Source: Candidatus Caldarchaeales archaeon
GTDB lineage: Archaea; Thermoproteota; Nitrososphaeria_A; Caldarchaeales; Wolframiiraptoraceae
Assembly (NCBI GenBank): GCA_039630055.1
Contig: JBCNVN010000024.1
Coordinates: forward strand, 1 to 23,731
Reading direction: 5' to 3'
Length of the DNA: 23,731 nucleotides
In this document: positions 18,532-23,731 of the stretch, one piece after another
How the letters are laid out: each line of letters starts with the position of its first letter
Numbering within the stretch: position 1 is the stretch's first letter
Made by a program: the position numbers and the translations under genes
The notes under the pieces: model-generated
What the model saw: only the letters and a program-made list of their open reading frames with translations
Databases searched by the model: none
What the model was told of the DNA's origin: nothing

Positions 18532-19434
18532 ATGTTAGAGAAAGCTGGCTTGAAAGTAGTTCATGTTGCAAGTAGATTCAAAGACTACTATTCTGTTACA
18601 AAGCCAAGGATCTGGTATCTTCTAGCATACACCGCCCTTGGAGGATATATTGCTGGATCAAGCGGTCAAGTAGATTGGTTTAGAGCTTTACTGGCTACCC
18701 TATCTGTTATTCTCGCTTCTGGAGGTTCTGAGGCTGTAGCGAACTTCATAGAGAGAGATATAGATGCATTGATGGAGAGGACTAGGAAGAGACCTCTACC
18801 CTCGGGGAAGATTAAGCCTGAGTGGAAAGCACTTCTCTTAGGAATAATATTGATCGGGCTTGGCATGGCCACAGCCTACTATATCAATCTCCTGGCCCTA
18901 CTATTCATATTGTTCGGAGTACTAGATTATGTCGTAGTTTACGTAATGCTGTCGAAGAGGAGAACCCCTCTAAGCGTGATACTTGGAAGTGGGGCGGGTG
19001 GAGCGCCTACAATGGTTGGATACGTCTCGGCGGCCAACCAGATCACTATAGATTCTCTAATTCTTGCGGCGATGGTTGTTTTATGGATCCCAACCCACAT
19101 ATGGAGTCTAGCATTGAGGTATAGGGATGACTATATGAGGGCGGGGATCCCTATGCTACCGGTGGTGATAAGCGAGAAGAAGAGTATAAGATGTATCTCT
19201 TCAACATCTATCCTGCTCGTAGCCTTCTCCATAATGGTTCCCTACATAAATCCATCGTTATATAAGTTATCATATCTTATACCTGTAACCGTATCTGGGG
19301 CGATCCTCCTCTTACTATCGATATTATTGATGAGAAGACCTGAGCCTAAACTTGCATGGATACTTTTCAAGTTTACAAGCCCCCATCTAGCCGTAATCTT
19401 CACATCGATAATGGTTAGCCTCCTTACGGGTTAG
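18532..19434 (+). CDS. ctaB: Protoheme IX farnesyltransferase (heme O synthase)
   Basis: TKPRI, ERDID.LMERT..RPLPSG, KRRTP, W.P.H.WSLA...DDY..AGIPMLPV; multi-TM. Confidence 0.95.
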   Translation: MLEKAGLKVVHVASRFKDYYSVTKPRIWYLLAYTALGGYIAGSSGQVDWFRALLATLSVILASGGSEAVANFIERDIDALMERTRKRPLPSGKIKPEWKALLLGIILIGLGMATAYYINLLALLFILFGVLDYVVVYVMLSKRRTPLSVILGSGAGGAPTMVGYVSAANQITIDSLILAAMVVLWIPTHIWSLALRYRDDYMRAGIPMLPVVISEKKSIRCISSTSILLVAFSIMVPYINPSLYKLSYLIPVTVSGAILLLLSILLMRRPEPKLAWILFKFTSPHLAVIFTSIMVSLLTG

Positions 19435-19573
19435 CATCTGGTTCTAAGAGTATCTATTTTAAAGATCAATAACATCTAGATTGTTAAGAGAAGGTTGGAA
19501 AGATAAGCCGGCATTTAGAATTTAGATCATATTTTAAAGCTAGGAATAGATTAAGAATAATGATGACTGGTGG

Positions 19574-20083
19574 ATGGAAGGGGTTAGCTATCCGAAAAGG
19601 ATGAAGTTTCATCTTAGTGAGAGCATCTGGGAGACTTTGAGGAGCGAGTTAAAAAGGATCACCGAGGAGAATGAGGCCGTACTGATCATAGCTCTAAGAT
19701 TAGCCTCTACCACTGGAGAAGTTGAAGAAGATAAAGAAGAAGACGTCTATGTTGAAACCGTTTTCGTAAAATCTGTGAAGAAGTTTGCAGGTAGGATCAA
19801 GGAAAAGTATAGAGCTACGCCACACCTACATCTCCATTCAAACTCTGGTTCGATAACATTCGTATTGGAAAGCCCGGGAGAATTACTTGCAGATAATCTG
19901 AGAAGCATAATAAATGAAGCTGCTTCATGCGAGGGTTGTATTATAACCGGTATAGAAGGTGAGATAAGAATTGGAGAAGAATTGTCTACTCTCTTCTATG
20001 GTTCATCTGCTAGACTTCAATTCATCCTCCCCTCAGCCGATGGGAAAAGACTCCAGGTCTTAGAAGTCCTTCTATTAGCTTAG
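19574..20083 (+). CDS. Hypothetical protein
   Basis: 169-aa ORF filling the gap, with codon style typical of the window; contains HLHLH and CEGC; no family recognised. Confidence 0.75.
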   Translation: MEGVSYPKRMKFHLSESIWETLRSELKRITEENEAVLIIALRLASTTGEVEEDKEEDVYVETVFVKSVKKFAGRIKEKYRATPHLHLHSNSGSITFVLESPGELLADNLRSIINEAASCEGCIITGIEGEIRIGEELSTLFYGSSARLQFILPSADGKRLQVLEVLLLA

Positions 20084-20592
20084 GAGAGTCTAAGCTTATC
20101 CCCATATCTTTCAGAATATGCGATCTCAGATAGGGGTTTTCTATTCTTCTTCCCCCTCAACTTCTCCTTAGGGTAGCCGAAGCCGACGACGGCTGAGATC
20201 GCCATCTCGTCAGGTATTCGGAATTCCTTCTTCATCTCCTTCTCTCTGAAACCTGTATATATGCATGACCCCACTCCCTCACTCCATCCGACAAGCTGCA
20301 TATTCTGGATAGCTCTACCAGCATCGATCATGTGGAAAGGATATTTTGGGTTAGTCAATACTATTATCGCGAAGTCTGCTCCAGCAACCCATCTTCCACT
20401 CGTACTCAACTCCGCCAGCTTCTTTAAGCTCTCCTTCTCTTCTACAAGTATAAACCTCCAATGTTGTAGGTTTAATCCTGTAGGCGACATTCTTGCAGCT
20501 TCTAGAATCTTAAGCTTTACATGGTCTGGAACCCTCTCACCACTATACTCTCTAACTTCCAACCTCTTGACAACTGCTTCATAAGTTTCCAT
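20080..20592 (-). CDS. Nitroreductase family protein
   Basis: R..VR.Y, ILEAAR.SP...N.Q.WRF, D.G.A.QNM.L...GVGSC, GYP, RKPL. Confidence 0.92.
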   Translation of the reverse strand: METYEAVVKRLEVREYSGERVPDHVKLKILEAARMSPTGLNLQHWRFILVEEKESLKKLAELSTSGRWVAGADFAIIVLTNPKYPFHMIDAGRAIQNMQLVGWSEGVGSCIYTGFREKEMKKEFRIPDEMAISAVVGFGYPKEKLRGKKNRKPLSEIAYSERYGDKLRLS

Positions 20593-20672
20593 AAAGAAAA
20601 GATGGGTAAACCGATATTTAAAAAATATGGATAGACCGATATTAAGGTTTGAGCGGGATTTATATTCTCTAT

Positions 20673-22244
20673 CTATTCGGCTTTGACAGGGTTCACTCTT
20701 CTATAATATTGATCTCTAATCTTCTTTCCTGTCTTCTTCTCCCATTCTTCTATAGGTATTCCATACATTCTTTGAACTCTGTCCCTATACCATTCCGGTA
20801 TAACGTTAAATGCGCAGAAAGGCACGATCCTTCCATCGGGCATAGGATAATGGATGTTGCATCTCCTGATTCTCTCTATATCGTAATTGTACTTGTCTTG
20901 GAAGTGCATCATCCCTAGGAAGAGGCTTCTCCTATGCCAGTCGCCAACACTCTTATAATCATGCTTAATTATTATCTCATAGATCATTCTCTTAACATTC
21001 AATCCTCGAGGCTGCTTATCTTCACGTATGAACTTGTTAAAGTCCCAGAGAATCTTAGCTATAGTCAATACTCGATTCTTTCCAGCTTCAAGCTCGTCAG
21101 CTCTATCTTGCAGATATTTTGTTAAGCCTTCGATATCTATGAACTCTGTAATAGGTACCAGCCTATCTCCATCTTTAAATACATATGTGCCCGCACCACA
21201 TGCGAAATGGTTTGAAAGCTCATACTTAGGACTTCTCATCAAAGCTTCTATTATGTGGGTTAGAGGCGTGCAGGCTGGAACCGGGAACCATGCGTCTCTA
21301 GGTATCTGTCCACCCGTCTGCTCCTCGATCTTGATAATGCAATCTGGTATGGTTATCCTAAGCCTTTCTCTTTCTCTATGTGTAAGTCTACCTGTTAGAG
21401 AGACAGGCTGGAAGTTGACAGCTCTAATAACATCTATATTCTTGAAGGCGAATCTTACGATCTCTCCAAGCTCATGGTCATTTATTCCTCTTATAATGGT
21501 TGGCACTAGAACTACACCTACGTTAAGTTTTCTAGCATTCTCTATCACCTTCGGTGCTTCCCAGTGATTCTTCGGATTGGTTCTCGGAGTAACACCATCA
21601 AAGCTTAGATATAGATTGCTTACACCTGCTTCCTTAACCTTCTTAAAGAACTCAAAATCATATGAAAACCTAATACCGTTCGTATTCAGCTGGATATGAT
21701 CTATACCTTCTTCCTTTATGGCTCTAATAATCTCTGGGAGGTCGTCTCTGAGCGTAGGCTCTCCACCGGTAAGCTGGATAGAATTGCCACCGACAGGAAA
21801 CTCTCTCCGAACCGCTCTAACCATCTCTCTAATCTGGTCTATTGTCGGCTCATAGACGTACCCAGCTCTCTCAGCATAGAAGAAACAGTACCAGCACACT
21901 AAGTCGCATCTATTTGTTACTACTATGTTTGCTAAGGCTGTATGGCTCTTATGTCCTGGACAGAGGCCACAGTTGGCTGGACAGCTATATCCTACTATGT
22001 TTATATTTGGTAAGCCTGTACCCTTACCATCGTGAGCAAATCTACTAAACTTCTTATATATCTCAGCATCACCAAAGTATACATCTATGAAGGGGCCATG
22101 TCTAGGGCATTCTTTCTCGAGAAAGATCTTTCCATCTCTCTCAACTATCTCAGCTGGGATCGTCATATTACACTCTGGGCAGATACTTAGAGTATTCTTG
22201 ATAAGTTTCTTAACCTCTTCGACTTCTTTAGTTATCTGCTCCAA
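20673..22244 (-). CDS. tes: Tetraether lipid synthase Tes (GDGT-MAS, MJ0619-family radical SAM enzyme)
   Basis: N-terminal CPEC...CPRHG, then CPANCGLC..H.SHT, TNRCDLVCWYCF, HFACG and MMHFQD.YNYD..R..RC.IHY..PDGR..PFC. TTG start with a GGTG SD. Confidence 0.9.
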   Translation of the reverse strand: MEQITKEVEEVKKLIKNTLSICPECNMTIPAEIVERDGKIFLEKECPRHGPFIDVYFGDAEIYKKFSRFAHDGKGTGLPNINIVGYSCPANCGLCPGHKSHTALANIVVTNRCDLVCWYCFFYAERAGYVYEPTIDQIREMVRAVRREFPVGGNSIQLTGGEPTLRDDLPEIIRAIKEEGIDHIQLNTNGIRFSYDFEFFKKVKEAGVSNLYLSFDGVTPRTNPKNHWEAPKVIENARKLNVGVVLVPTIIRGINDHELGEIVRFAFKNIDVIRAVNFQPVSLTGRLTHRERERLRITIPDCIIKIEEQTGGQIPRDAWFPVPACTPLTHIIEALMRSPKYELSNHFACGAGTYVFKDGDRLVPITEFIDIEGLTKYLQDRADELEAGKNRVLTIAKILWDFNKFIREDKQPRGLNVKRMIYEIIIKHDYKSVGDWHRRSLFLGMMHFQDKYNYDIERIRRCNIHYPMPDGRIVPFCAFNVIPEWYRDRVQRMYGIPIEEWEKKTGKKIRDQYYRRVNPVKAE

Positions 22245-22456
22245 TCTTATTACACCAGTTTCTCACATATAATCATATAATTATAATTTTAAAATATTTC
22301 CAAACTTAACCTATTCAGAGAGAGTAGATAATATAGAGAAATGTTCATATGTTCTGACTTATTTAATGACGTCCTAGCGGCAGATATGGGTCCAATAGAT
22401 TTCATAGGAGAATATGTGGTTAGAACATAGATTGTTGAAGTTTTACAAATATCTTA

Positions 22457-22474
22457 ATAAATTACGAATTTATA
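22457..22474 (+). promoter_or_regulatory. Inverted repeat ATAAATT-ACG-AATTTAT overlapping a TTTATA box
   Basis: 7-3-7 palindrome about 24 nt upstream of ATG 22498. Confidence 0.4.
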
Positions 22475-22497
22475 CATTAGGATTCGTGGGTTTCTAG

Positions 22498-22866
22498 ATG
22501 TTAATTAAGATAATTAAGGAGAATTTTCCTTCTGCTCTACTTGGATTTTCAGTAGGACTCATGTTGTTTACTAGCTTCTGGTCTAAAAAAGTTATAGACT
22601 TTCTATTCGAGATGAGTCAAGCATCTCTCCCTCTCTATCATATTATCTATAGAGGAGTTCTAGTGCCAGCATATTTTACTGGAGTTCTTCTAGAACCTAT
22701 CACAAGTATATTATTTCCAGGAGATCTTGAACATTACCCCACAATTTATGTTGGAGTACACGGAATAATGGGGATGGTTAATGCCATCGTTTATTCGATA
22801 CTTTTTGCTACATTAAATCATATTGTAAAAAAATTCTACAGAAAATTCAAAAGAGAATTTCGTTAA
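22498..22866 (+). CDS. Small hypothetical membrane protein
   Basis: Two to three hydrophobic segments and a basic C-terminal tail; AT-rich. Confidence 0.65.
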   Translation: MLIKIIKENFPSALLGFSVGLMLFTSFWSKKVIDFLFEMSQASLPLYHIIYRGVLVPAYFTGVLLEPITSILFPGDLEHYPTIYVGVHGIMGMVNAIVYSILFATLNHIVKKFYRKFKREFR

Positions 22867-23023
22867 ACAACTCCATAAATTAACTAGACTGTAATATCTA
22901 GCTGAGTCTGATTAGTCTTAAATTTCAAGTTAACTTACCGTTATCCTCATTCTTTTTAGACGGAGAAACTGTTCACTTTATTAAACTGACTTTAATAGTA
23001 GGTCAGATATATGTAGTTTACTG

Positions 23024-23731
23024 TTAAACGTGGATCTTCTTCCACATTTCTCTTGCTAATTCTCCATCATACTTGTATAGATGGATAAGCTCTTTCGCCT
23101 CCAACTTTCTTTCTTGATGTTTCTCTAAGAATGCTACCACCTTCTCGATTAATATGGTCTTCATCTCTCCACTTAAGATCTTTCCAGACCTATAGTCTTC
23201 TTCAAGCTTCTTTATTCTGTTATCATCTGGTTCAAAGAAGAATTTTAACCATTGGAAGGCAACATCTACCTCGGGATTTCCTCCAAGTTTTCTATGTAGC
23301 TCAACAGTCGGCTGCCCTCCAGAATAGGCTAACCAGATCTTCTTTCTAACAGTCTTCTCATCATCATCAAGATATATCGCTGACTCTGGTTTGCTCGCAC
23401 TCATCTTTCCTACAGGTCCCGTAAGAGGTGGAAGGAATTTACTATGTATAGCAGCAGTCTTATAGTATCCTAGAGATTCTGCTATGTCTCTCTGGACTCT
23501 CCAGTAGGGGTCTTGGTCTATCGCTGCTGGGATTAGGCATCTTTTCTTCTCGAAGAGGGCTGGTACAATCTGGAGGGCTGGATAGAATATTAGTCCTATG
23601 TTCGATTCATGTGTGAAGCCGAATACTGCTCTAACCCAGCTGAAGTTTATCTTTCTAGCAACCTTGATGGCTATCGGATACATGTTCTTAACATATTCGG
23701 TGTTTTGAAAGATGAATGTCTTGTCAGGATC
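23024..23731 (-). CDS. trpS: Tryptophanyl-tRNA synthetase (archaeal type), C-terminal part, runs off the window
   Basis: The frame is open to the window edge (DPDKTFIFQNTEY...). Motifs: FYPALQ, CLIPAAIDQDPY, KMSAS, SGGQ...E.HR..GG..EVD, SGEMK. Confidence 0.96.
   Translation of the reverse strand, partial: DPDKTFIFQNTEYVKNMYPIAIKVARKINFSWVRAVFGFTHESNIGLIFYPALQIVPALFEKKRCLIPAAIDQDPYWRVQRDIAESLGYYKTAAIHSKFLPPLTGPVGKMSASKPESAIYLDDDEKTVRKKIWLAYSGGQPTVELHRKLGGNPEVDVAFQWLKFFFEPDDNRIKKLEEDYRSGKILSGEMKTILIEKVVAFLEKHQERKLEAKELIHLYKYDGELAREMWKKIHV

Noticed and set aside
19560-19620. ATGATGA...CCGA...GGATGA...GTGA C/D-like pattern
   Set aside because: The first spacer is too long (about 25 nt) and both D boxes are degenerate.
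22986-23006. CTGACT...GGTCAG hairpin after trpS as a terminator
   Set aside because: Weak stem with no U-tract, and archaeal terminators do not generally rely on hairpins.
3881-23349. Many short antisense ORFs (e.g. 6118-6600, 11794-12144, 17219-17620, 21028-21567)
   Set aside because: They are Ser/Ile/Leu-rich shadows of well-supported genes on the other strand, with no motifs.
1-23731. TAG/TGA recoding (Pyl/Sec) suggested by abundant CTAG
   Set aside because: Recognised genes are uninterrupted and end at expected positions using TAG, TGA or TAA.

Overview
Gene-dense housekeeping and metabolic region from an archaeon of the TACK group. An Aigarchaeota/Thaumarchaeota-related lineage is my best guess, inferred from eS26, archaeal Rpo2, Tes, CtaB and a degenerate LarA-like protein. 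In order: 5' part of rpo2 (truncated); an elp3-GT87-PMT(GT39) operon; a Fix/ETF cluster (fixC-fixX, fixA-fixB) preceded by a Mer-like F420 reductase and a small ORF; a degenerate LarA-like gene; a site-2 protease; an Ard1/RimI acetyltransferase; ribosomal protein eS26; a tandem-domain ThyX; a PPP phosphatase; sucCD; ctaB; a hypothetical protein; a nitroreductase; tetraether synthase Tes; an AT-rich membrane ORF; and the 3' part of trpS. I saw no CRISPR, tRNA, rRNA or mobile element. The most notable observations are: a PMT+GT87 pair that resembles an initiation-plus-elongation protein O-mannosylation pathway; a candidate C/D-box sRNA overlapping the thyX 3' end; Mer next to a bifurcating-type Fix system whose two halves share upstream motifs; complementary degeneration of the two ThyX domains; and apparent strong enrichment of TCTAGA/AGATCT. 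All family calls come from recognising motifs by eye, not from database searches.
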